Positions 38,970-51,327 of a stretch of 64,000 nt of DNA are shown here, in pieces; position 1 is the stretch's first letter, and every line of letters starts with the position of its first letter. The stretch spans positions 106,332,001 to 106,396,000 of the forward strand of contig NC_086108.1 of the NCBI RefSeq assembly GCF_963921235.1. Reading direction: 5' to 3'. The notes under the pieces were generated by a model. That model had not been told where the DNA came from and made no database searches. It was given only the letters and a program-made list of their open reading frames with translations. Made by a program: the position numbers and the translations under genes. The stretch comes from Mobula hypostoma (taxonomy: Eukaryota).

Positions 38970-40150
38970 TTCCTGTAAGATGGCGGCGCATTTGAATGCA
39001 GTGGCCTCTCGGGGGCCAGACAAAGGTTCACATTTCCTTTAAAATATGTTTTTTTTTATATAATCATAACACTATAATGTACTCCAGGATCAACAGGTAC
39101 AGCAGGTCTACTGCAATGGTGATCTGTTCGCCATTTGGAGCCGCCAGCCGGGGTTTCGAAGGAGCCAGTGGACGAGTCAGAGAGGGAGAAGCCAGCAGTC
39201 GGTCAGGAAAAGGAGAAGCCATCATTCAGCTGGGTGAAGGAGAAGCTGATGTTCAGTCGAGAGAAGAAGAATTTGGCCTTTGGCCAGGAGAAGGAGGTGC
39301 CAGTGGCTGGCTGGGAGGAGAAGCTGGCAGACAAGCTGGAGAAGGTGAAGCCAGCGGATGGCTGGGAGATGGAGAGGCTGGCAGTCTGCCGGGAGAAGGA
39401 GAGGCCAGTGGTCATCTAGGAGAAGAAGCCAGCAGATGGCCGAGAAAAGGAGAAGCCAGCTGGCAGCTGGGAAAAGGACAGGCTGGTAGTCAGTCAGGAG
39501 AAGGAGAAGCTGGTGGTCAGCCAGGAGGGGGAGAAGCCGGTGGTCAGTCAGGAGTAGGATAAGCCAGTGGGCGGCCAGGAGAAGGAGAAGCTGGCAGTTC
39601 AGGGGAGCTGACTTGGGTGCAGACCGCGCTGCTGACGGCAGCATGCAGTGTAACTGTGAGTGACTGTTTCGGACATTTCTCTTGCGATCACAAGACCCTG
39701 TCAGATATTGATAATGTGAGATTCCACAGGCCTGTTTCCCTTGTTTGGTGGAGAGACAGGCAATGAGGCAGCAGTGGTGCCTTGGTTGTAGCGAGGACCA
39801 AGCCTCAGGCGGTGGGCTTACCTGAAGCCACAGTCCAGGTGAGACAACGCTGGAGCTGGTGCAGCGTAGAGTTTGTGCTCGGTTGACAACTGGCCTCTCC
39901 CATCAATGTTGTCCTCCAGAATTTGACCAGTGGAATGACAGACTGGATTGCCAGGACCCATATCATCAATTTGCATGTCACTCAGGGACGTGGATTATAC
40001 ATGTGTTTTCTTGCATAATGATGTGTGTGTGCTTTTTTTCTCTCTTGCTGTTTTGAATGTATGTTATGCTCCTTGGCCCCAGAGGAACACTGTCTCATTC
40101 AACTGTATCCACGTATGGTCCAAACGATAATTAAATGATTTGATTTGATT
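38970..40150 (+). mobile_element. Non-autonomous element with 5' AAGATGGCGGC motif, internal 27-bp repeat array and (TTTGA)n tail
   Basis: Starts 'cttcctgtaagatggcggcg'; ends 'aattaaatgatttgatttgattg' like Rex-type tails. Confidence 0.5.
39184..39603 (+). repeat. Diverged 27-bp minisatellite (~16 units, consensus roughly GGAGAAGCYRGYGGTCAGCCAGGAGAA)
   Basis: Units read directly; two shortened units are 24 bp; translates as Gly/Glu-rich 'GEGEASGWL'-type repeats in ORF 38996-39562. Confidence 0.85.
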
Positions 40151-40510
40151 GAACGATGAAGTAATGGTGGTTGGGGTGTGGAGGAGGGTTTAGTGAGTGG
40201 AGATGTGGATCAGCCTTACTGCTTGGGGAAAGTAACCGTTGTTGGTCTAGTGATCCTGGAATGGATGCTATGTCACCTCCTCCCTGGTAGCAAGCTCCTC
40301 AGTCTATCACAGCTAATTCACCCTTCATACCCCTTCACAACCAATCTCTACACATCCCAGGAAATCATCCTCCACATTGCTAATTCAGATTGGCTGGTCT
40401 TTAGCAACACACACAAAATGCTGGAGGAACTCAGCAGGCCAGGCAGCATCTATGGAAAAGAGTAAACAGTTAACTTTTTGCATTTTTCCATAGATGCTGC
40501 TTGGCCTGCT

Positions 40511-41787
40511 GTGCCACAGGGCTCGGTGCTGGGCCTGCAACTGTTCACCATATACATTAACGGTATGGAAGAGGAGACCGAGTGTAGTGTGTCTAAGTTT
40601 GCTGATAATACTAAATTGAGGGGAAAAGCAAATTGTGCAGAAGATACAGAGAGTCTGCAGAGAGAAGTAGATAGGTTAAGTGAGAGGGCAAGTTTCTGGC
40701 AGATGGAGTACAACGTTGGTAAATGTGAGATCATCCACTTTGGAAGGAAAAATGAAAGAGTAGATTATTATTTAAATAGTAAAAATTGCAGCGTACTGCT
40801 GTGCAGAGGGACTTGGGAGTGCTTGTGCATGAATCACTAAAAGTTGGGCTGCAGGTACAGCAGGCTATCAAGAAGGCAAATGGAACGCTGGCCTTCATTA
40901 CTAGAGGGATCGAATTTAAAAGCAGGGAGGTGATGCAACTGTACAGGGTACTGGACAGGCCGCACCTAGAGTACTGCGTGCATTTCTGGTCTCCTTACGT
41001 GAGGAAGGACATACTGGCTTTGGAGGTGGTGCAGAGGAGGTTCACCAGGTTGATACCAGAGATGAGGCAGGGTTAGACTATAAGGAGAGGTTGAGTCACC
41101 TGGGATTGTACCTACTGGAATTCAGAAGAACAAGAGGAGATATTATAGAAACATAAAAAATTATGAAAGGGATATATAAAGTAGAGACAGAAAAATTGTT
41201 TCCACTGGTAGGTGAGACTAGAGCGAGGCAACATAGTCTCAAGATCCAAAGGAGTAGATTTAGGACGGAGATGAGGAGGAACTGCTTTTTCCAGAGAGTG
41301 CTGAATCTCTGGAATTCTTTGCTCAATGAAGCAGTGGAGGCTACCTCAGTAAGTATATTTAAGAGTCTAACTTTGTTTTTTACTTTAAGCAAGGCAGTGT
41401 ATATCACGTGGTAGTGTCATGATGTATGTAATTCATAAATTTTTACATATAAACTATAATAAATTATTTAAATAAATAAAGCTTACACAAACAATATAGA
41501 GGACATAGTCTCAAGATTGGGGGGGGGGGGGTAGATTTAGGACAGAGATGAGGAAGAACTGCTTTTTCCAGAGAGTGGTGAATCTGTGGAATTCTCTGCC
41601 CAATGAAACAGTAAAGGCTACCTCAGTATATATATTTAAGACAAGGTTGGATAGATTTTTGCATAGTAGGGAATTTAAGGGTTATGGGGGGAAAGTAGGT
41701 AAGTGGAGATGAGTCCATGGCCAGATCAGCCATGATCTTATTGAATCAGATGACCTACTCCTGCTCCTATTGCATATACTCTTATGT
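40511..41787 (+). mobile_element. CR1 RT/3' end inserted into a PLE fold-back
   Basis: '[16 protein letters not shown]', 'RPHLEYCVHFWSP'; PLE arm resumes after it (ttcctccagcactttgtgtgtgttgc). Confidence 0.85.
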
Positions 41788-43767
41788 TCCTCCAGCACTT
41801 TGTGTGTGTTGCTTTGGATTTCTAGCAGCTCTTTTCATGCATGAATAACCCTCTGTCTGAAGAAGTCACCCCTCAGGTTCCTTTTTCACATCTTCCCCCT
41901 CTCACCTTAAACCGATGCATTCTAGTTTTTGGTTCCTTTTCCCTGGGGAAATGACTGTGTGCCTTTGCCCCACTATAACCCCCATGAGGTCTCTCCCTGG
42001 TCTCCTAGGCTCCAAGTAATGAAGTCCTACCCTGTCCAACTCTCCCTATAATTCCCTTGTGTCCTGGCAAAATTTTACATACCTTCTTCACTCTTTTTTC
42101 AGTTTACTGACATCTTTCTTGGAATAGGGTGACCAGAATTGTGCATAATACTCCGTGCAGTCTCACTAAATGTCTTGTACATCTGTAACCTGTTTCTCCC
42201 AAATTTTATACACAGTGCCCTGGCTGTCGAAGGCCAGCATGCCAAATGCCTTCTTCACCACCCGGTCTACCTAAAGAAAAAGATTTAAGATAAGATGAAG
42301 CTTTATTTGTCACATGTCCATTGAACCATTGAAACATACAGTGAAACTCAAAGTTCAAAGTGCATTTGTTATCAAAGTCTGTATACATTATGCAAGCTTG
42401 AAATTCACCTCCACAGGCAGCCACAAAACAAAGAAACCCAAAAGAACCCATAAACAAGGACCATAAAACACCCAATGTGCAGAGAGAGAGAGAGAAAAAA
42501 CAAGTCAGGCAAAACAATAAAAGTAAGCAAATAGCATCCAAAACAAAAATGAGTGCAAAGACACGAAGCCCAGAGCAGATGGAACTGACCACAGCCTCAG
42601 CATCAGTTCAGTGCAGAGCTGAGTAAACGTCACGGAACAGTGAGTAGAAATGGACCAAACCTCACCTCTTATCCCATCACCATTTTCAATCCATCTGGCC
42701 CTGCACTTAAATTGTCTGAATCAACTGAATTATTCTTTGCTCTAAGGTCCGGGGCCTGTCACATCAATATACGATGCGCCTGGGCCCACTGCCACGTTTC
42801 AGCCCATGCCCGACCTTTGCAAACCAGCTTGGGATTTGTATCCAATCATATCAGCAAGGCTTGTGCTGGGGGCAGCCCGCAAGAGTCACCACGTATCCAG
42901 CGTCAATATAACATGTCCACAACTTTATAACCATATGTCTTTGGAATGTGGGAGGAAACCGGAGCACCCGAGGAAGAATGTCAGGGAAAGAACATATAGA
43001 TCCTTAGAGGCAGTGGCAGTAATTGAATCCCGACTGGTGATTGCTGGTGCTGTAAAGTGATTGTGCTAGTCACTACAATACTCTGGCAGTCCTCCACTTA
43101 CAGTGAACTATATATCTGTACTCGGGGGACCCTTTGCTCCACTATTTTCTCAGCAGCCTATTATTCACTGTGTATTCATGGGAAGTTCAGAGGGAAAGTG
43201 CAAAGGGCGATTTGGCTCAGAAAACTGAGATGTGGAATCAGTCACATCAGAAAGAACACCAAAGAGCAGAAAAAAATTGATGGGAGTTCTTGGATTAAAG
43301 TGTAGAATTGATATTTTTCTTCTAGTTTAACTTTCCAATGCTTGCTTGTATTTTTATACAATCAAAATTCAAAGTTCAAAGTAAATTTTATTATCAGAGT
43401 ACATATATGTCACCATATATAGCCTGAGATTCACTTGCCTGCGAGCACACTCAACACATCTATAGAATAGTAACCTTAACAGGATCAATGAAAGATCAAC
43501 CAGAGTGCAGAAGACAATAAAGTGTGCAAATGCAAAGATAAATAAAAGTAACAAATAATGAGAACATGAAATAATGAGGTAAAGAGTCCTTAAAGTGAGA
43601 TCATTGGTTGCTGGAACATTTCAATGATGGGACAAGAGCTTGATGGTTGAGGGGTACTAATTTTTCTTGAACCTGGTGGTGTGAGTTCCTGTGGCACCTG
43701 TACCTTCTGCCTGATGGTAGCAGTGAGAAGAGAGCATATTCAGGAGGAAGGAAACTCTGATGATGGA

Positions 43768-44030
43768 AACACAAGGAAATTTGCAGATGCTGGAAATTCA
43801 AGCAACACACACAAAATGCTGGTGGAACACAGCAGGCCAGTCAGCATCTCTAGGAAGAGGTACAGTTGAAGTTTCAGGCCGAGACCCTTCGTCAGGACTA
43901 ACTGAAAGAAGAGATAGTAAGAGATTTGAAAGCAGGCGGAGGAGGGGGAGATCCGAAATGATAGGAGAAGACAAGAGGGAGAGGGATGAAGCTAAGAGCT
44001 GGAAAAGTGATTAGCAAAAGGGATACAAGG
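43768..44030 (-). mobile_element. PLE 3' end with decayed hammerhead (43864-43899)
   Basis: Same subfamily as 8122-8575; minus strand reads AGTC CTGACGA AGGGTCTCGGCCT GAAAC TTC AACT. Confidence 0.8.
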
Positions 44031-44799
44031 CTGATGATGGATGCTGCCTTCCAGCGACAGCATTTCATGTAGATGAACTCAATGGTGGGGAGGGTCTCGA
44101 GAACTCTGCCCACTTCACTAATTCTTCAGCCACGCTTTCATCTGCCAAATGATCATGTCCTTACCCTCACTGACAGCAATCCAAAGATTACTGTCCCTGG
44201 CCTATATACTCTCTTCAGGATTTCCCACCTGCTTTCAAAATACATCCTTGTTTTTAAAATCTAGTTCTGCCAAAATGATTGTTAACATTGCATTCGCCCT
44301 CCTTATAACCAGCCTATTTGGATTTAAGCAAGCAGCTCTTGATATGGAGTCATATGTCGGTCTCTCTAAGCAAGGATGCTGGATTAAGCTCATGGGTTGA
44401 ATAGACAACTCCTCTTGTTTCTTTTTGAACAATAGATTTCTTTCCCTAAGTAGAGTTGAATGAACCAGATGGAGCTTCAACATTGCTGGTAACCTTAAGG
44501 TCAAAGATGTCAATTGGTTTAAAATGTATTAAAATAATATAATAAATCTCGAATTTATCAGCACTAATGGAACTTGGGTCTCCTCCTCTGATTTGCTGGC
44601 CTAACATTCTGACCAAAGTGCTACCATCACCCTAATTTATCATGCCTGCTTTGTGATATTGGACTTGTCCCAATACAATACGAACACATCCTTCCCCACT
44701 GTTGATCATATCTATAGGAGGTTCTGCTTCAACAAGGCAACAACCATCATCAAAGATCTCCACCATCCGTTTCATGCCATTTTCTCACAGCTACCATCA

Positions 44800-46427
44800 G
44801 GCTGGGTAGAGATACGTCTCTGCCAAAGGAGGTGTAAGGCACTCCTTCCCTCGCTAGCCTGCAGGTCATCCTTGGACAAGGAGTAGCACCTGCTTATCCC
44901 CCCGATCAGGGTCACATGAAGCCATGGGAGCTGGTGGTCAGATGAATAGCTGGTACATATCACAGTCCTGGTTATGTGACCTCTGACGCAAGGAAGACAA
45001 CCATTAAAGAGAATTGATAATGGCTGGGGTCACCCATCTTGTAAAGGCTCTGCCTGGAAGAAGGCAGTGGCAAATCAGTTCTGTAGAATTTGCCGAGAAC
45101 AATCTTGGATATATACAATGATCACCCACGTCGAACCCACTTTGTCAAAGGCAGGTCATGCCTTATGACCCTGATTGAATATGTTGAGGATGTGACTAAA
45201 CACATTGATGAAGGTAGAGCCGTAGATGCAGTGTATATGGATTTCAGCAAGGCATTTGATGAGGTACCCCATGCAAGGCTTATTGAGAAAGTAATGAGGC
45301 ATGGGATCCAAGGGGACATTCCTTTGTGGATCCAGAGCTGGCTTGCCCACAGAAGGCAAGGAGTAGTTGTAAATGTGTCATATTCTGCATGGAGGCTGGT
45401 GATCAGTGTTGTGCCTCAGGGATCTGTTCTGGGACCCCTACTCTTTGTGATTTTTATAAATGACCTGAATGAGGAAGTGGAGGGATGGGTAAGTAAATTT
45501 GCTGATGACACAAAGGTTGGGGGTGTTGTGGATAGTGTGGAGGGCTGTCAAAGGTTGCAGGGGGACATTGATAGGATGCAAAACTGGTCTGAGAATTGGC
45601 AAATAGAGTTCAACCCAGATAAGTGTGAGGTGGTTCATTTTGGTAGGTCAAATATGATGGCAGAATATAGTATTAATGGTAAGACTCTTGGCAGTGTGGA
45701 GGATCTTGGTGCTTGAGTCCACAGGACACTCAAAGCTACTATGAAGGTTGACTCTGTGGTTTGGAAGGCATACGGCGCATTGGCCTTCATCAATCGTGGG
45801 ACTGAGTTTAAGAGCTGAGAGGTAATATTGCAGCTATAAAGGATTCTGGTCAGACCCCACTTGGAGTACTGTGCTCAATTCTGGTTGCCTCACTACAGGA
45901 AAGACGTAGAAACCATAGAAAGAGTTCAGAGGAGATTTACAAGGATGCTGCCTGGATTGGGGAGCATGCCTTATGAGAATAGGTTGAGTGAACTCGGCCT
46001 TTTCTCCTTGGAGCGACGGAGGATGAGAGGTGACCTGATAGGGGTGTAAAAGATGATGAGAGGCATTGATCGTGTGGATAGTCAGAGGCTTTTTGCCATG
46101 GCTGGAATGGTTAGCACGAGAGGGCATAGTTTTAATGTGCTTGGAAGTAGGTACAGAGGAGATGTCAGGGGTAAGTTTTTTACGCAGAGTGGTGAGTGCG
46201 TGGAATGGGTTGCTGACGGTGACGGTGGAGGTGGAAACAATAGGGTCTTTTAAGGGACTCCTGGATGGATACATGGAGCTTAGAAAAATAGAGTGCTATA
46301 GGTAAGCCTAGGTAGTTCTAAGGTAGGGACAAGTTTGGCGCAGCTTTGCGGGCGGAAGGGCCGATATTATGCTGTAGGTTTTCTATGTTTCTATACGATG
46401 TGGCACATAATGACGATGATGATGATA
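44800..46427 (+). mobile_element. RTE-related retroposon (44800-45135 + 46396-46427) split by CR1, itself inside a Rex1-like fragment
   Basis: Body 'gaagaaggcagtggcaaatc'; (gat)n tail resumes after the CR1; Rex flanks 'ctaccatcagg' / 'atcaagcaggagctacag'. Confidence 0.6.
45137..46395 (+). mobile_element. CR1 RT + 3' end
   Basis: ORF 45090-45716 '[27 protein letters not shown]'; tail 'ttctatgtttcta'. Confidence 0.93.
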
Positions 46428-48616
46428 TCAAGCAGGAGCTACAGAATGCTGGAGTCCCACACCTCCAGGTTCAAGAACAGCTACTTCTCTTCTACCATTC
46501 CGTTCTTCAACCAACCTGCACAACCCTAATCGCTACTTTCACCACTTGGCGCTACAATAGAGCTTGTTTTGTTCCAGTTGTGTTCTTTCTTGTGTACTGT
46601 TGGATAATTTATGCATTTCTCGGGAATGTTTTGTCTCTGATGCTCTGTTCCTGTGATGGAATGGTAAGTAAGTTTTTCACTGCATCGTGCATGTGACAAT
46701 AAACTTGAATTCATCCTGATGAGGGGTGTATGGGGTGTCCAGGGAGGGGTATCACCTCTGGTGAAGGGGCTTGCCATGTCCTTTCTGGGGCAGCTCACTC
46801 ACCTTTGTCCCCACCAGAGACTCAGCTCTCACCTGTGGCCTCAAGTAGCTGTTTGCATGCAATAGTGGCCACTGTCCTGTACACCGCTTCGATAGGCGGG
46901 CTAACCGGGAGCGGGTAGCCACCAGCATCATATTCCAGTGAGGTAGTGACAAGACTGTCCTACCATGCAAAGTTAGCTCTGGTGGACTGGGTGGATGAGA
47001 TCTGCAGTAAGATTCAACAGTCAGGAAGGTAGTTTTGCAACGCTGCATGGAGAGTGAAGGGCGTGACAAGAAGATGTTATGATCATTCACAGAAACCAAG
47101 GAAGACAACAGTTTTCTGACCCTTTTTTGTCCAACTGGACCTGCACTTCTGAATTTGAGAGAGTGGAGCTGCCCCAGTGCATTGTCTTTTCCTTTTTAAG
47201 AACTCTCCCGCACAGCATTCCTGTCATCATCGGAAACAAGTACAGTCAACGTTTCAGGCCGAAACCCTTTCCACAGCCTGGTCTGCTCAGTTCCTTCAAC
47301 ATTTTGTGTGCGTTGCTTGGATTTCCTGCATCTGCAGATTTTCTCTTGTTTGTGATTTGAAACATTGATTGCTCATTTCCTTCCAAAGGAGGTTCCTGAC
47401 CTCCTATGTTCCTCCAACATTTTGTGCGTGTTTTTCTCTCAAGCTCTCCTCTCCACAGCACTTTCGTTTTCCTGTTTTTTTGCACCTTGTGGGGATTATA
47501 TTCTGACTCATTATTTCTGACGCTGCTCCTTAGAAGTTCTCTGTCAGGTTTTACTCAGTGACCATCACCATGCAGATCAGAGTCATTGTCATAGCAACAA
47601 ACAACCTGCAAGAGAAGCTTATTGTGTCCCTACCATCTGGGCCATGCTAACCTCGCAGCTACTATTGGGCAGGTGGTACAGAAGCTTGAAGTCACACAGC
47701 ACCAGGTTCAAGAACATCTTCTTCTCTTCAGCCATTCAGTTCTTGAACCAACCCGCAAAATACTAATCACTACCTCAGTCTTACAACAGTAGCAACACTT
47801 TGACCACTTGGTGCTACAATGGAGTTAGTTTGGTTCTAATTGTGTTCTTTCATTGTATAGCATTGTATAATTTATGCTTGGGAATGTTATGTCTTTGATG
47901 CTCTGCCCCTGTGATACGGTGGCAAGTAAGTTTACCATTGCCTCGTATAGTTGACAATAAATTTGAATTCATCCTGATGAGGGGTGTGTGGGTTGTCCAG
48001 GGAGGGCTAGTACTTCTAGGGAGGGTTAGTAGCACTTTGATGGCTTTGCATTAAAGTGAAGATTATTTTTGTTCTCATTGCAAAAGTTGTGCATGATTTA
48101 TTTTTAATTTGTGTTTTTGTCGTGAATATTGCATATCTGATACAATATACCTGTATCGATGTTGCAAGTAACGTGTCACGGTACCATAGCGGGCAGCATT
48201 TTGTTATGACAGTGCCGGCATTCCACCGCTCTCTGTAAGAAGTTTGTTTGCTCTCCCCGTGACTGTGAGCATTTCCTCCAGGTGTTCAGGTTTCTGCCCA
48301 TACCCCAATGATGTACGGGTTAGTAGGTTAATTGATAACGTGGGCGTGAGGGAATGTAACCATGTTATATCTCTAAATAAAGAAAAATTAAAAGGTAAGG
48401 TTTTCATTGTACCTGTGCACACACGTCATGGTGCAAATGACAATAAATTTGACTTTGATTTTGACTTTCTTTTATTTCATTAAAACCCCATGTCACAACA
48501 TGTACATCACTCAGAAGAATAAAGGACCATTTATAACAGCAGTTCATTGCTGTGTTCAGAAACTCATGCAAATGATTAGTCTGTCCTGTTTGTCCAATCT
48601 AATTTTAATCACATAC

Positions 48617-48809
48617 TGTGCAGTTGACAGACCTGCTGTGACAACTCAGTGGCACCAGCATCAAGTTCAATTTGTCCGTTCAAACAAAACAAAATGTTTT
48701 GTTCAGCATTTAGACGCTCTTCTCTCTCAATGCTTCTGGCTTCTAGCCCCGAACCTGGTTGCTGTGCCACTGTCTGTGGACTTGAGGATCGATACGGTGG
48801 CAGCTGGGC
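48617..48809 (-). CDS. Candidate internal exon: AQLPPYRSSSPQTVAQQPGSGLEARSIEREERLNAEQNILFCLNGQIELDAGATELSQQVCQLH
   Basis: Unique island; acceptor 'gggtttttcactctcag|GCC'; only phase 0 is open; donor CACA|GTATGT (48617) or CAG|GTCTGT (48633). Confidence 0.6.
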
Positions 48810-49120
48810 CTGAGAGTGAAAAACCCATGAATGTTTGGCCAATTTAAGCACCAATACAGCTTAAAAAGATTAATATATATGGGCCAAGAGCAAAGGACAA
48901 CCCAGTGTACAGCTCACCATCCTGCAAGGTTTACTCGCCTGGATCCGTGGCTGTGCACACAGCCATAGGGCTCTGCGACCAGCTCCATTTGTCTCAACAC
49001 TGAGCTTCTCCATGGCTGTGGACTTACTTTTTGGGATTCTGTGATTCATGTTCTGTGTGCTATTTGTTTACTTTTTCATTGTTTGCATGACTTGTTCTTT
49101 TTTTCATACATTGAAAGTCA

Positions 49121-49849
49121 TTGGTGCAACGAGACCTGGGTGTCATTATACACCAGTCATTGAAAGTGGGCATGCAGGTACAGCAGGCGGTGAAAAAGGC
49201 GAATGGTATGCTGGCATTTATAGGAAGAGGATTCGAGTACAGGAGCAGGGAGGTACTACTGCAGTTGTACAAGGCCTTGGTGAGACCAAACCTGGAGTAC
49301 TGTGTGCAGTTTTGGTCCCCTAATCTGAGGAAAGACATCCTTGCCATAGAGGGAGTACAAAGAAGGTTCACCAGATTGATTCCTGGGATGGCAGGACTTT
49401 CATATGATGAAAGACTGGATGAACTAGGCTTATACTCGTTGGAATTTAGAAGATTGAGGGGGGATCTGATTGAAACGTATAAAATCCTAAAGGGATTGGA
49501 CAGGCTAGATGCAGGAAGATTGTTCCCGATGTTGGGGCAGTCCAGAACGAGGGGTCACAGTTTGAGGATAAAGGGGAAGCCTTTTAGGACCGAGATGAGG
49601 AAAAACTTCTTCACACAGAGAGTGGTGAATCTGTGGAATTCTCTGCCACAGGAAACAGTTGAGGCCAGTTCATTGGCTATATTTAAGAGGGAGTTAGATA
49701 TGGCCCTTGTGGCTAAAGGGATCGGGGGTATGGAGGGAAGGCTGGTACAGGGTTCTGAGTTGGATGATCAGCCATGATCATACTGAATGGCGGTGCAGCC
49801 TCGAAGGGCCGAATGGCCTACTCCTGCACCTATTTTCTATGTTTCTATG
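49121..49849 (+). mobile_element. Young CR1 3' fragment, near-identical to the 3' part of 36605-38902 in opposite orientation
   Basis: Translations almost identical ('IPGMAGLSYDERLDELGLYSLEFRRLRGDLIETYKILKG'). Confidence 0.95.
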
Positions 49850-49944
49850 TCTTTGTTGTGTAGGTTTTTTTTAATGGGTTCTATGCTGTTTCTTTGTTTT
49901 GCGGCAGCCTGCAGAAGACAAATCTCAAAGTTGTATATAGTATA

Positions 49945-50013
49945 CAGTACTGTGCAAAAGTCCTAGGCACATATATATGTAGTTCGGGTGCCTAAGGCTT
50001 TTGCACAGTACTG
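49945..50013. mobile_element. 69-bp Tc1/mariner-type MITE
   Basis: TA|CAGTACTGTGCAAAAGTCCTAGGCAC ... GTGCCTAAGGCTTTTGCACAGTACTG|TA; related TIRs at 50929-50954, 62927-62993, 63129, 63169-63235, 63638-63702. Confidence 0.85.
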
Positions 50014-50099
50014 TATTTGTCAACGTGCAGCGCAGAGCAAGTTTGTAAATCTGGCGGGAGCAAAGGATGTTTGGCAAAGGTGAATTTTAGAAATTTTGG

Positions 50100-50925
50100 G
50101 GCAGCAGAACAGAACTTTGAAGGTTGACACCGGGAACTTTAGAAGCCGACACCGGGAGCCATCTGTCTGCGTCATGGGGTCTGGCATTCAGGTCCTGGAG
50201 GTGGCGGCCTGGACCCATCATGCTTACACTACATCTGCCCACAAAAACCTCTGGATGACAGTGTCAAGAACAAGAAGGGTCATTTTGTCTCTGACATTCC
50301 TGTGATTAGCAAGGTTGGGGAACCAGAACCATGTGGAGAGAAATTGGCTTCTGGAACAAACCATAAATGGACAAGTCTGGACAACATGGAATTAACGGAA
50401 TGCTACTTTAACAGCAACCCACATGAAAGAGGTTACATCAAGTGCATGTGCAGACTCTGGCAACAACGAAGAACATCTTCCACATTCACGGAAAGCAACT
50501 GGTTGCCCAGCGAACAAACATTGTCAACAGAGGATTACTATCTCATCTTGAATTGGAATACATACAATCACGATGCAATATTAATGGATGTGGCAATCCC
50601 GAATGACAGCAACGTCAGGGAGAAAGAATATGAGAGGCTGAAGAAATATCAGGGCTTGAAAGAGCCGATAGAAAAGATATAGAAGGTCAAAGCCAGAGTA
50701 ATCCTGGTGGTGATAGGAGCACTTGGAGCTGTGACACCTGGACAGTGAGAGTGGCTCCAACAAATCCAGGTAACAACATCTGAGATCTTAGTCCAGAAGA
50801 GTGCACTACTAGGAACAGCAAAGATACTGCACCAAACCCTCAAGCTCTCAGGCCTCCGGTAGAGGACCAGAGATTGAGGGAAAAATACACACATCCACAC
50901 CACCCACAAGGGATGGGAGAAAAAA
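50100..50925 (+). mobile_element. Internally deleted R4/Dong-like (RLE) LINE
   Basis: N-terminal 'HKWTSLDNMELTECYF..ERGY' fused to RLE-type 'MDVAIPNDSNVREKEYERLKKYQGLK..VVIGALG..QKSALLGTAKIL'. Confidence 0.7.
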
Positions 50926-51327
50926 TATGTGCCTAAGACTCTTGCACAGTATTGCAACTGACTATATCTCCAATTAAGACAGTTCCTCTTTAGATTACTA
51001 AAAATAAAGTGAAAACATTTTACACTAAAAATCTAATTGACCTGAACCTGAAAGAATTACTGAGATAATGATTTATTAGAGGATGGTTGAGGGTGCTTTA
51101 TGGAATCTCATGTTGTGACCCTTTTTGTTTCAAATCATCACAAAAAAATTCTAGAGCTTGGAGACAATAGACCCATAAGATATAGGAGCATAATTAGGTC
51201 ATTTGTCCCATCGAGATGCTTTGCTATTTGATCATGGCTGATTTATTATCCCTCTCAATCACATTTTCACAACTTCTCCCTGTAACCTTTGACAGCCTTA
51301 CTAATCAAGAACATATCAACCTCCGCA

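Noticed and set aside
39184..39603. CRISPR-like periodic array
   Set aside because: Contiguous diverged tandem units with no repeat-spacer alternation, no cas genes, eukaryotic context
46716..46760. CTGATGAG as a hammerhead core (also ~47974)
   Set aside because: No stem II followed by GAAA and no stem I partner
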